Below are positions 28,914 to 38,178 of a DNA stretch of 64,000 nucleotides, in pieces (the first letter of the stretch is position 1; each line of letters starts with the position of its first letter). The notes beneath the pieces are model-generated. The model was not told the origin of the DNA. It made no database searches and saw only the letters and a program-made list of their open reading frames with translations. The DNA is from Acidimicrobiia bacterium (GTDB lineage Bacteria > Actinomycetota > Acidimicrobiia > Spongiisociales > Spongiisociaceae), in contig JBFGLM010000021.1 of assembly GCA_041576165.1 (NCBI GenBank), positions 1 through 64,000 of the forward strand, written 5' to 3'. A program made the position numbers and the translations under genes.

Positions 28914-31199
28914 ATGCCCAAAGCGACACCCACCCGCCGAGGGGCCAACGGGCGGAAGCGGGTGTCGAAGAAGAAGACGACAACCAAACGCCAGGCGCCG
29001 CAGCGCTCGGTGGGGTCCGTGCTGGCGGACCTGCGGGAGCGACTCAGCTACGGCATTGGCCGCCAGGCCGACGATGTCTGGGGCCTCGTCCTCCTGGTCA
29101 TCTCCACGCTGCTCGCCTTGGCCTTCGTCGGACTGGCCGGCCCGCTGGGTGGCTGGATCGTCTCCTCGCTCCGTTTTCTGATTGGTGCCTGGGCATTTGC
29201 GCTCGTCCCGGCGATCGCCGGACTGGGGCTGGTGCTGGTGCTGGGACGGCACCGCAACGATTACGGCCGCATTGGGGCGGGCGTGGCCGTGGCCTTCATC
29301 GGCTCGCTGGCACTGTTCCATCTGCTGACGGGCAGCGTCGCGCTCGCCCAAAGCATCGATCTCGTAATGCAGCGCGGGGGAGCGCTGGGCGCCCTCATTG
29401 CTTTTCCGCTCCGGAGGCTGATCGGGTTTTGGGGTGGATTCGTCGTGCTGGCGGCGCTCATCTCGGTCGGGGTGCTGCTGATCACCCGGGCGTCGATCCG
29501 GGAAACGTTCGAGGCCGCAGTCGAGCTCGGCAAGGCCCTGCAGGCATGGGCGGTGTCGGTCGTCCGGGCTCGGCGGGCATCCCGCCCGAGCCGGGACGCG
29601 CCGAACCACACGCCCGCACGACCGCTCCCGCGGCCCAAACAAGCGCCAACGTCGAACCGTCCCAAGCATCGAGCGCCGAAGAAATCGAAGCCGCGACCCG
29701 AGCCGGCCACCGAACCTGAGCCGGTCCCGGCGCCCCGGCCCCAAGGAGGCGACTACAAGCTGCCTCCGCTTGATCTGCTCGGTTCAGGCGGGGGAGAAGG
29801 CCAGTCGCGCCGTGTGCTAGAAGACACCGCCCGCCAGCTGGAGGAAACCCTGCGCCAGCACAGCGTCGACGCCCGCCTGACCAAGATCGTGCCCGGCCCG
29901 ACCGTCACGCGCTACGAGATCGAACTCTCCCCCGGCGTCAAGGTGTCGCGCATCACCAACCTCTCCAACGACATTGCCTACGCACTTGCCACACCCGACG
30001 TGCGCCTGCTGGCGCCGATCCCGGGAAAGAGCGCCATCGGCGTCGAGGTCCCCAACGAGCGGCGCCAGCTAGTGACCTTGGGTGATGTCCTGCGGTCGAC
30101 AGAAGCCCGCCAGGCAGCAGACCCACTTGTGGTCGGCGTCGGTATGGACATCTCCGGTAGGCCCATCCTCGTGAATCTGGCCGAGCTGCCGCACGTGCTG
30201 ATCGCCGGTGCAACCGGCGCCGGCAAGTCCTCGTGTATCAACTCGCTGGTGACCTCGATCCTCATGCGGACGCGCCCGGAGGAGGTCCGCATGATCATGG
30301 TCGATCCCAAACGGGTCGAGCTGGGCCAATACAACGGCGTCCCGCACCTCTTGACCCGGGTCATCACCAACCCCAAAAAGGCAGCCGACGCACTCCAGTG
30401 GGCGGTCAAGGAGATGGACCGTCGTTACGATCTGCTGGCCGACGCGAGCGTGCGCGACGTCATCGGATACCACGAGAAGTACGACTCCGGCCAGCTCGAT
30501 CAGGACGGTTTCGATCGGTTCCCCTACCTGGTTGTGATTGTTGATGAGCTCAACGATCTGATGATGGTGGCGGGGCGCGAGGTCGAGGATGCCATCGTCC
30601 GGATAGCCCAGATGGCGCGGGCGGTCGGAATTCATCTGGTAATCGCCACCCAGCGGCCGTCGGTGAACGTGATAACCGGCGTGATCAAGGCGAACGTCCC
30701 CAGCCGCTTCGCCTTCTCGGTGGCTTCACAAACCGACAGTCGCGTGATCATCGACACGATTGGTGCCGACAAGTTGATCGGGATGGGCGACATGTTGCTG
30801 GTCACCGCCCGGGAGCCGCGCCCCCAGCGCGTGCAAGGCGCCTGGGTGGAGGAATCTGAGATCCACGCCGTCGTGAAATGGGCCAAACAGCAGCAGGCCG
30901 CTGAGTATCGCGAGGTGGCGGAATCTATCGCAGCGGAACGCAAACAGGCCATCGAACAAGACGAAGGCGACGATCCCGAGCTCATCCAGCAAGCTACCGA
31001 GCTAGTCGTTCGATCTCAGCTGGGATCCACCTCCATGCTGCAGCGTAAGCTCCGGATCGGTTTCGCCCGCGCCGGTCGCATCATGGACATCCTCGAGAAC
31101 CGAGGGGTGGTGGGCCCGTCAGAAGGATCAAAGGCGCGTGAGGTCCTCATGACCGTCGATGATCTGGAACAGGCTCCATCGGGAGTGGGCGCCGAGTAA
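28914..31199 (+). CDS. ftsK: DNA translocase FtsK
   Basis: N-terminal TM domain, AGATGAGKS, IVDEL, ATQRPS, gamma domain STSMLQRKLRIGFARAGR. Confidence 0.97.
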   Translation: MPKATPTRRGANGRKRVSKKKTTTKRQAPQRSVGSVLADLRERLSYGIGRQADDVWGLVLLVISTLLALAFVGLAGPLGGWIVSSLRFLIGAWAFALVPAIAGLGLVLVLGRHRNDYGRIGAGVAVAFIGSLALFHLLTGSVALAQSIDLVMQRGGALGALIAFPLRRLIGFWGGFVVLAALISVGVLLITRASIRETFEAAVELGKALQAWAVSVVRARRASRPSRDAPNHTPARPLPRPKQAPTSNRPKHRAPKKSKPRPEPATEPEPVPAPRPQGGDYKLPPLDLLGSGGGEGQSRRVLEDTARQLEETLRQHSVDARLTKIVPGPTVTRYEIELSPGVKVSRITNLSNDIAYALATPDVRLLAPIPGKSAIGVEVPNERRQLVTLGDVLRSTEARQAADPLVVGVGMDISGRPILVNLAELPHVLIAGATGAGKSSCINSLVTSILMRTRPEEVRMIMVDPKRVELGQYNGVPHLLTRVITNPKKAADALQWAVKEMDRRYDLLADASVRDVIGYHEKYDSGQLDQDGFDRFPYLVVIVDELNDLMMVAGREVEDAIVRIAQMARAVGIHLVIATQRPSVNVITGVIKANVPSRFAFSVASQTDSRVIIDTIGADKLIGMGDMLLVTAREPRPQRVQGAWVEESEIHAVVKWAKQQQAAEYREVAESIAAERKQAIEQDEGDDPELIQQATELVVRSQLGSTSMLQRKLRIGFARAGRIMDILENRGVVGPSEGSKAREVLMTVDDLEQAPSGVGAE

Positions 31200-31273
31200 C
31201 GCCCGCTGTCGGGGCTCGCAGCCGGGCTGATCTGGCTTGGCACGCCATTGCGCTTCTCGGTTACGCTCCGACG

Positions 31274-32299
31274 ATGCGCCAATTGCTTGATCCGAGCGGC
31301 CACCTGGTCGGCGAGTCGCCGATTGATCTCGTGACCGCACGGCGGTTGTACCGCTCGATGGTGGCTGCCCGTCTGTTCGACCGGAAATGTGTTGCCCTGC
31401 AAAAGCAGGGACGTTTGGCCACCTACGCCCCCTATGAGGGCCAGGAGGCCGCCCAGGTGGGCAGCGCCGCCGCTCTTGCGGCCGACGACTGGATGGTGGC
31501 GACGTATCGAGACGCTGCGGCTATGTGGATGCACGGCTTTCCCTGGGAGTCGCTGGTGCTGTGGCGATCGGGCGATGAACGAGGGGCGGCCGCGGCGCCG
31601 GAGGTGCCGGTGCTTCCGGCTTCGATCACGGTCGGGGCCCACATGTTGCACGCGGTCGGATTGGCGTGGGCGGCGCGACTGCAGGGCGAACGCCGTATCG
31701 CGATCACGTACTTTGGGGACGGAGCCACCTCGGAAGGCGATTTCCATGAAGCCATGAACTTCGCGGCTGTGTACACCACCGGCACTGTGTTCGTTTGTCA
31801 GAACAACGGCTACGCCATCTCGATGCCCCGCGATGCCCAGACAAAATCCGAAACCATTGCCCAAAAGGCCGGCGCCTACGGAGTGCCGGGTGTCGTCGTG
31901 GACGGCAACGACGTCCTGGCCGTTTATGCCGTCACCGCCGAAGCCGCAGAACGGGCCCGCACCGGTGGCGGACCCACCCTCATCGAAGCCGTGACCTATC
32001 GGGTCGGGCCCCACACCACCAACGACGATCCCCGCCGTTATCGAGATCCCAATGAGGAGCGGCGCTGGGCGGAACGGGACCCGCTCGAGCGTGTGCGTAT
32101 CTACCTGGCCGCCAACGACGCGTGGGAGGCAGACTGGCAATCCGACATCGAGCGCATCGAGTCTGAATTGATCGAGGAGGCAGTGGCCGCAGCCGAGGCG
32201 TTAGATCGCCAGACGCCCGATGCGATGTTTGAGTCGATGTTCGCCGACCCGACCCCGCAGCTGCGCGCCCAGTACGCAGCCCTGAAAGAGCTCCCATGA
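31274..32299 (+). CDS. pdhA: 2-oxoacid (pyruvate/branched-chain) dehydrogenase E1 alpha
   Basis: GQEAAQ, GDGATSEG...NN ThDP motif, YRVGPHTTNDDP. Confidence 0.88.
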   Translation: MRQLLDPSGHLVGESPIDLVTARRLYRSMVAARLFDRKCVALQKQGRLATYAPYEGQEAAQVGSAAALAADDWMVATYRDAAAMWMHGFPWESLVLWRSGDERGAAAAPEVPVLPASITVGAHMLHAVGLAWAARLQGERRIAITYFGDGATSEGDFHEAMNFAAVYTTGTVFVCQNNGYAISMPRDAQTKSETIAQKAGAYGVPGVVVDGNDVLAVYAVTAEAAERARTGGGPTLIEAVTYRVGPHTTNDDPRRYRDPNEERRWAERDPLERVRIYLAANDAWEADWQSDIERIESELIEEAVAAAEALDRQTPDAMFESMFADPTPQLRAQYAALKELP

Positions 32300-33270
32300 G
32301 CCGCACGATCGCCGATGTTCTGCGTGATGCGCTGAGCGCCGAGCTGGAGGCCGACGACCGCGTCATGCTCCTCGGGGAAGACATCGGTCGCAACGGAGGC
32401 GTGTTTCGCATCACCGACGGCCTTCAGGACAAGTACGGGCCTGATCGGGTGGTGGATACTCCCGTGGCCGAGAGCGGCATCGTTGGTGCTGCGGTCGGTC
32501 TGGCTCTGGGGGGAATGCGCCCGGTATGTGAGATCCAGTTCATGGGCTTTTCGTATCCCGCGTTCGATCAGATCGCCAGTCACGTGGCACGGATGCGCAA
32601 CCGCAGCCGCCACCGGTTCCACCTTCCAATGGTCATCCGCATGCCTTACGGCGGCGGGATCGGCGCCGCCGAGCATCACAGCGAATCGAACGAAGCGATC
32701 TACGTCAACGTCCCCGGTCTCAAGATCGTGGTTCCCTCCACCCCCTACGATGCGGCCGGGCTCCTCCACTCCGCCATCGCAGACCCCGACCCGGTCATCC
32801 TTCTCGAACCGATCCGCCTGTACCGGTCGGTGAGAGAGGACATACCGGCGCTGCCCTTCGAGGTGCCGATCGGCGTTGCCCGCGTCGAACGCCTCGGCAC
32901 GGACGTCACCCTGATCTCGTACGGGGCCATGACCAAAGAAGTCAGGGCGGCCGCCGACCAGCTGGAGAGCGGCGGCGTGACGGCCGAGGTGATTGACCTC
33001 AGAACGCTCGTCCCGCTCGACGAGACGACGCTGCTCGAATCGGTGATCAAAACTGGCCGGGCGGTGGTTGTGAACGAGGCCCCCCGTACGGGTGGGTTCG
33101 CTTCAGAGATCGCCGCCATCATCCAGGAACGGGCGCTCTACTCCCTGCACGCCCCAGTGCAACGGGTGACCGGCTGGGACACCGTGTTCCCGCTACGACG
33201 CACGGAGGATTACTACCTCCCGAGCGTGGATCGGATCGTGGCGGCCGCCCAGGCGACGTTGGAGGGCTGA
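32296..33270 (+). CDS. pdhB: 2-oxoacid dehydrogenase E1 beta
   Basis: GEDIG.NGGVFR, DTPVAE, EIQF, EHHSES. Confidence 0.88.
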   Translation: MSRTIADVLRDALSAELEADDRVMLLGEDIGRNGGVFRITDGLQDKYGPDRVVDTPVAESGIVGAAVGLALGGMRPVCEIQFMGFSYPAFDQIASHVARMRNRSRHRFHLPMVIRMPYGGGIGAAEHHSESNEAIYVNVPGLKIVVPSTPYDAAGLLHSAIADPDPVILLEPIRLYRSVREDIPALPFEVPIGVARVERLGTDVTLISYGAMTKEVRAAADQLESGGVTAEVIDLRTLVPLDETTLLESVIKTGRAVVVNEAPRTGGFASEIAAIIQERALYSLHAPVQRVTGWDTVFPLRRTEDYYLPSVDRIVAAAQATLEG

Positions 33271-33271
33271 G

Positions 33272-34516
33272 GTGGCCACCGAATTCCTGCTGCCGGACAT
33301 TGGGGAGGGACTCACCGAAGCCCAGATCATCCGGTGGATGGTCGGAGTCGGTGAACGCGTGGACCTCGATCAGCCGCTGGTAGAGGTCGAGACCGCCAAG
33401 GCCGTAGTCGAGATACCGGCCCCCCGGGCAGGCGTGATTCTGTTTCACGGCGGGGCAGAGGGTGACACGGTGACCGTGGGTTCGGTGCTTGCCGTTATCG
33501 GAGATCCCGGCGAGGTCTGGCCGCCGGCGGACGGGGAGATCCCTGCCGGGATGGCAACCGCCGACCCGCCGCTGGTCGGGACTCTGTCGGACGTGGGCGA
33601 AGAACTGCCCGCCCGGGCCGCATCCGGCGAGACAGTTCAGACCGGACGCATTCAGGCTTTGCCCATCGTGCGCAAGCTCGCCCGGGAGGCCGGCGTCGAG
33701 TTGACCCAGGTGCCGGGCACCGGACCAGGGGGCCGGGTAACCCGGGACGATCTCGAGGCGTTCCTGGCGGCAGGCCCCGCTGCCGAAGCGCCGGCCGGGG
33801 CCACCCCCACCCCGGCTGTGACGCCGGACCGTTCGGGCAGGGGCGAACGGCTGCGGATGTCGATGCTGCGTCGCACCATCGCCGAGCACATGGCGCGTTC
33901 CTGGGCGGAGATTCCCCACGTCACGACCTTTGACGAGGTCGATGCCACCCGCCTGCTCGAGGTCCGCCACGCCCTGGCCACGCGGCACGACGAGGTGATT
34001 CCACTCGAGGCGCTCGTGGCCAAGGCTGTGATCCCTGCGGTCCAGGATTTCCCGTTCTTCAATGCGTCACTTGACGGCGACGAGATCATCCTCCACGCCA
34101 GCGTCCATCTCGGGATTGCGGTGGACACCAACGACGGGTTGCTCGTACCCGTCATCCGCAAGGCGGAGTCGGCTTCCGTGCTGGAGCTTGCCGCCTCGGT
34201 GGTTGATCTGGGTGAACGCGGCAGGAGCAGGACGCTCCAACCGGACGAACTGTCCGGCGGCACCTTTACGATCTCCAACATCGGCGCAGTGGGTGGGGGG
34301 TTCGGGACGCCGATCATCCCCTACGGCACCACTGCCATCCTTTCCATCGGGCGCGCGGCCGACAAGCCCATCGCCCGTGACGGCCGGGTGGAGATCGCCC
34401 CGATGATGCCGCTGTCGCTGTCGTTCGATCATCGGGTGATCGACGGCGCTACCGGCCGCCGGTTCATGGCGGTCGTGGTCGAGAACCTGGCACAGCCAGC
34501 ATTGTTCCTGGCCTGA
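33272..34516 (+). CDS. pdhC: dihydrolipoamide acyltransferase E2
   Basis: Lipoyl motif VETAKA, E3-binding GTGPGGRVTRDD, catalytic DHRVIDG. Confidence 0.88.
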   Translation: MATEFLLPDIGEGLTEAQIIRWMVGVGERVDLDQPLVEVETAKAVVEIPAPRAGVILFHGGAEGDTVTVGSVLAVIGDPGEVWPPADGEIPAGMATADPPLVGTLSDVGEELPARAASGETVQTGRIQALPIVRKLAREAGVELTQVPGTGPGGRVTRDDLEAFLAAGPAAEAPAGATPTPAVTPDRSGRGERLRMSMLRRTIAEHMARSWAEIPHVTTFDEVDATRLLEVRHALATRHDEVIPLEALVAKAVIPAVQDFPFFNASLDGDEIILHASVHLGIAVDTNDGLLVPVIRKAESASVLELAASVVDLGERGRSRTLQPDELSGGTFTISNIGAVGGGFGTPIIPYGTTAILSIGRAADKPIARDGRVEIAPMMPLSLSFDHRVIDGATGRRFMAVVVENLAQPALFLA

Positions 34517-34550
34517 TCGCGGGCTTACTGAGCCTTTCTGAGACTGACTC

Positions 34551-34579
34551 GTTGGGGCCCGCCGGCGGCGGGCCCCAAC
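34551..34579. terminator. hairpin between convergent genes
   Basis: GTTGGGGCCCGCC-GGC-GGCGGGCCCCAAC, a 13-bp perfect stem. Confidence 0.7.
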
Positions 34580-34591
34580 GCTCACAGGAGT

Positions 34592-35998
34592 TCAACCCCT
34601 CTTCTTGTCCTTCTCCTTGGGTTCGATAGTGAATTCCTGCGTCTGGGGATTCAGCCGGTCGAGCTTGATGGCTCCTTTGACCGCCTTGTCCCGCAGTCGC
34701 CAGATATTGAGCCCGCGGGTGATGTCCGACTCGTAGATCCTGCCGTTGTACCAGTACGACGACCACGACCCGCCGATCTGGCAGAAGCCGTCGCAGAACG
34801 GCCCCGGCCCCAGCGATACGGGATCCGAGTAGGCCACGACCACCGGTTTGGCCGGATCGGTGAAGTCGGTGACCCACGTGCCGGCCTGGTAATTCCCGCT
34901 CACCACCACATAGCGACCGCTTCTGAGCGGCACCAGGTTGTAGTTGTGGATGGTGCAGTTCTCGTCCGCACCCTGTGCGCGCGGCAGGACCCACTGGCCG
35001 AGCTTGGCGCCCGTATTGGCGTCATAGAAGAACATCGTCTTGTCGACATCCGGGTCATCTGCTTCACACTCCCCGGCGCCGCCTCCGCCCGGCTCCCAGC
35101 CGGCCACTATGACCTGGCCGTCCCAGGTGAAGCCGGCGGAGTGCCAGCGACCGTTCGACAGCGAGTCGCCGACACCCGGCTCGGTGATCGTGAGCAGCAA
35201 CTCCGGGTCGCGGGGGTAGCTGATGTCCCAGACATTGATGGTGTCGGCACTGGCGCAGACCGCCTTGTTGACGTCGCCCAGAATCACCCCGGCGTCGTGA
35301 CAGCCGGTCCTGACCGCCGTGTCGGTCGGGCCCGCCAGCGGCTCCCGGTGGATCAACTGCGGATTTCCCGGGTTCCTGAGCGGAACGGCAATCACATCCA
35401 TGAAGTCGCCGAGGGTGTTCTGGCCAGCCTCGTCCAGGCCGACTCCGCAACCACCGCTGCTGGAGTTGTTGCTGTAGACGATCAACGCACCGCGATGAAC
35501 ACCCGCCGCGGTGGCGGTGTGGGATCCGCACGGCAACTCGAGTGCCCCGACCAGCTGTGGGTTGGAGGGATGACTGATGTCCCAGACGTGGATGCCCTCC
35601 CAGCCGGCCGGCACGGTCGTGCCACCGCAGGCCCGATCCTCCGCACGCTTCGTATTCCAGGTCCGGATCAGGATGTCGCCCCATACGACCAGATCACCCT
35701 GATCACCATTACATTCCGGGAATGCAAGTAGCTTCGGTTTTCTCGGGTTTGAGATGTCGATCACCCGGAAGCCGTTGTAGTTGCCCTGGTACGCCAACTT
35801 GCCCTGAAACGCCAAATCAGAGCTGATCACCCGCTCACCATCCGGCACCGAAAACGTCGCCGGCTGTGGGCTATGACCGAGCGCCCGCATGTTGTCGGTC
35901 GCGGGCTCCGTCGCATGATCGGCCGACGCCGGAGCTGTCGGGATCGCCAGGGTCGATGCCACCAGTGCCAAAAGAACAAGCAAACGGATACGTCGCAT
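34592..35998 (-). CDS. secreted LVIVD-repeat beta-propeller protein
   Basis: Signal peptide MRRIRLLVLL...ASA; repeated xDISxPxxP; CHD, HS, CTIHN, WSSYWYNG.IY.SDI.RG. Confidence 0.82.
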   Translation of the reverse strand: MRRIRLLVLLALVASTLAIPTAPASADHATEPATDNMRALGHSPQPATFSVPDGERVISSDLAFQGKLAYQGNYNGFRVIDISNPRKPKLLAFPECNGDQGDLVVWGDILIRTWNTKRAEDRACGGTTVPAGWEGIHVWDISHPSNPQLVGALELPCGSHTATAAGVHRGALIVYSNNSSSGGCGVGLDEAGQNTLGDFMDVIAVPLRNPGNPQLIHREPLAGPTDTAVRTGCHDAGVILGDVNKAVCASADTINVWDISYPRDPELLLTITEPGVGDSLSNGRWHSAGFTWDGQVIVAGWEPGGGGAGECEADDPDVDKTMFFYDANTGAKLGQWVLPRAQGADENCTIHNYNLVPLRSGRYVVVSGNYQAGTWVTDFTDPAKPVVVAYSDPVSLGPGPFCDGFCQIGGSWSSYWYNGRIYESDITRGLNIWRLRDKAVKGAIKLDRLNPQTQEFTIEPKEKDKKRG

Positions 35999-36228
35999 CC
36001 GCGCCCCCTTTCCTGCCTCCGTTCCCCCCGCCCCTTGCGGAGGGGCGCTATCCGACCCTACGTACGGGCAACCCCGCTGCGCGGGGAGATTTCGGCCTGT
36101 GCGCCGCTGGCGACGAGCAGTGACCGGAAGGGCACTGTGGGTGTTGGCGATCAAGCTGGTCGCCGCTGCCCGACCCGGCGATGTAGGTTCAAGGTCGGAG
36201 CCCTAGTGCCAACCACATCTTTGGTGAT

Positions 36229-37005
36229 GTGGCGGACGGCAACGTCCACGCGCCCGGTATCGAGTTTGCGGCTGGAGCCGGCATCACCGCCGGGTGCGGC
36301 GATGGTTCTATCTACTGCCCGAACGACCCGGTGACTCGCGGCCAAGTCGGTACCTTCTTGCACCGACTGTCGGGCTATGCATCGGGCGTGGCGCCCAGCG
36401 TCAATGCCGACCAGGTCGACGGCGCGGACGCCTCCGATTTCCTGGGTGCCGGAGACAAGGCAGCGGATGCGGAGCTCTTGGACGGGTTGGATTCGACGGC
36501 TTTTTTGGGTGTTGGTGACAAGGCAGCGGATGCGGAACTCTTGGACGGGTTGAATTCGACGGCCTTTCTGGGCGCAGGTGACACCGCAGTTGACGCGGAC
36601 AAGGTTGACGGCCGCCACGCCAACGAACTCATCCGCGTTGCCTACGACGAAGCGCCCGGTCCGCTGCCGGTGCCGGGTCTCCTGTCGACCACAATCGAGG
36701 CACCCACCGTTGGATTCCTGATCGTGAGCGCGTCGGCCAACCTCCACGATTCCGCGCCCGGATCGCATTTGGTCGAGTGCACTCTCTGGCTCGACGGAGC
36801 CTTGCTCGGCTCGTCTCCGCGCATGCACGACGTCGGGTCTGGAGCCCCTGACATCGAAGAGTCATGTGCGTCGGATTCAGTGACACCCGTTCTCCCAGGT
36901 GTCCACACCGTCGAGCTGCTGGTCGATCTCGGCTCGGGTACGACCATGTTCGGTCCCGCCACGCTATGGGCGCTGTTCGTGCCCTTCGACGCCGCCGGCG
37001 CCTGA
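36229..37005 (+). CDS. SLH-domain surface protein with DAxxLDG repeats; 5' end apparently truncated
   Basis: GITAGC...YCPNDPVTRGQV..FL.RL SLH motif. In-frame TAG at 36184 and no signal peptide. Confidence 0.65.
   Translation: MADGNVHAPGIEFAAGAGITAGCGDGSIYCPNDPVTRGQVGTFLHRLSGYASGVAPSVNADQVDGADASDFLGAGDKAADAELLDGLDSTAFLGVGDKAADAELLDGLNSTAFLGAGDTAVDADKVDGRHANELIRVAYDEAPGPLPVPGLLSTTIEAPTVGFLIVSASANLHDSAPGSHLVECTLWLDGALLGSSPRMHDVGSGAPDIEESCASDSVTPVLPGVHTVELLVDLGSGTTMFGPATLWALFVPFDAAGA
36439..36612 (+). repeat. 63-bp intragenic tandem repeat (about 2.7 copies)
   Basis: Units start at 36439, 36502 and 36565 and encode FLG(A/V)GDKAADAELLDGL(D/N)STA; the third copy is degenerate. Confidence 0.85.
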
Positions 37006-37197
37006 CGCAAACAGCCGGTCCCAAATCGCCACGAACGTGGATGGGCTCGGGTCGTGGCCCGGTCGAAAGACCGCGATCACCGCAGGTACTTGGACCGAGC
37101 CGGTTGCGGGCACTCGGACCGGGCGACAATGACCGATGGCACTGTCGGGCGCTTTGCTCGTGAACGCATACTGCGGCCAAACCCAGAAAGGTCACGG

Positions 37198-37842
37198 ATG
37201 GAGCAAGTACCCATCACTCGCTCCGCATTGCTGGCGCGAAGGGGCCGGCTGGACCTTGCGAAGCGTGGGTTGGAGTTGCTCGAGCAGAAACGGGACCGGC
37301 TCTTGGACGAGTTTCGTGACGCCGCTCAGCACGTCTTGACCGAGGCCGGCGAGCTGGATCGCGCTGTCGGCGCGGGGCGTCGAGCTCTCATCGCAGCCGA
37401 GGTTGCTGATGGACCCGAGATCGTGGGATCGGCTGCCCTTGCGGCCCGGCGCGATCTCGTGGTCAGCGCTCGTCCCGTCACGGTGATGGGCGTCCGCATC
37501 GCGGAGATCGACTACGCGCCGCTGGGACGCCCCCGGATGGGTCGCGGTTACACGGCCGCCGGCAGCACTGCACATGTCGACGAGGTGGCTGCTGCGTTCG
37601 AGGGGGTAGCGGAACAAGTTCTTCGGCTGGCTGCCCACGAAGTGCGCATCCGTCGACTCTCCGACGAAATACGCAAAACGAGTCGTCGCGTGAACGCCCT
37701 CGAAAACACTCTGATCCCCCGGCTCGAAGTGGAGATACGTTGGATCGCATCTCGCATTGAGGAGCGGGAGCGCCAGGACCGATTTCGACTGAAACGGATC
37801 AAAGACCAGAAGGGGATTCGCCCTGGGAGAGGGACTCAATGA
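37198..37842 (+). CDS. ntpD: A/V-type ATP synthase subunit D
   Basis: TRS.LL....L.LA.RG..LL..KRD and EIRKT.RRVNALE..LIP; GAAAGG RBS. Confidence 0.92.
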   Translation: MEQVPITRSALLARRGRLDLAKRGLELLEQKRDRLLDEFRDAAQHVLTEAGELDRAVGAGRRALIAAEVADGPEIVGSAALAARRDLVVSARPVTVMGVRIAEIDYAPLGRPRMGRGYTAAGSTAHVDEVAAAFEGVAEQVLRLAAHEVRIRRLSDEIRKTSRRVNALENTLIPRLEVEIRWIASRIEERERQDRFRLKRIKDQKGIRPGRGTQ

Positions 37843-38177
37843 CGGATGCGGAGCGAACGATCGCGGCTATTCGTCGCACGGAACTCGCGGCAGCTCAGCG
37901 AGTAGACGCAGCCCGGGTCAGGGCAGACGAGATTCTCTCGGAGGCACGGGCCGAGGCCCGCGTTCAGCACCGGGAGGCCGAAGCGCGGGGACGCGAGCAA
38001 GCTCTGCAGCGGCAAGCGGAAGCGCAACAGGAGGCGGAACAGGAGGCTCAGAAGATCCGCGCTGCCGCTTCACGAGAAGCTGAGCTTCTCAGAGAGGAGG
38101 CCGCAGACCGGATATCCGATCTCGCGGCAGCGCTCCTCGAAGTTGTGCTGCCGTCAGTCGCACTGCGGGAGGTGTGA
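37839..38177 (+). CDS. A/V-type ATP synthase peripheral stalk subunit G/H
   Basis: A/E/R-rich coiled coil, translationally coupled, directly before subunit I. Confidence 0.75.
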   Translation: MTDAERTIAAIRRTELAAAQRVDAARVRADEILSEARAEARVQHREAEARGREQALQRQAEAQQEAEQEAQKIRAAASREAELLREEAADRISDLAAALLEVVLPSVALREV

Positions 38178-38178
38178 C

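Noticed and set aside
36439-36612. tandem repeats as a possible CRISPR array
   Set aside because: In-frame 63-bp coding repeats without unique spacers; no cas genes.
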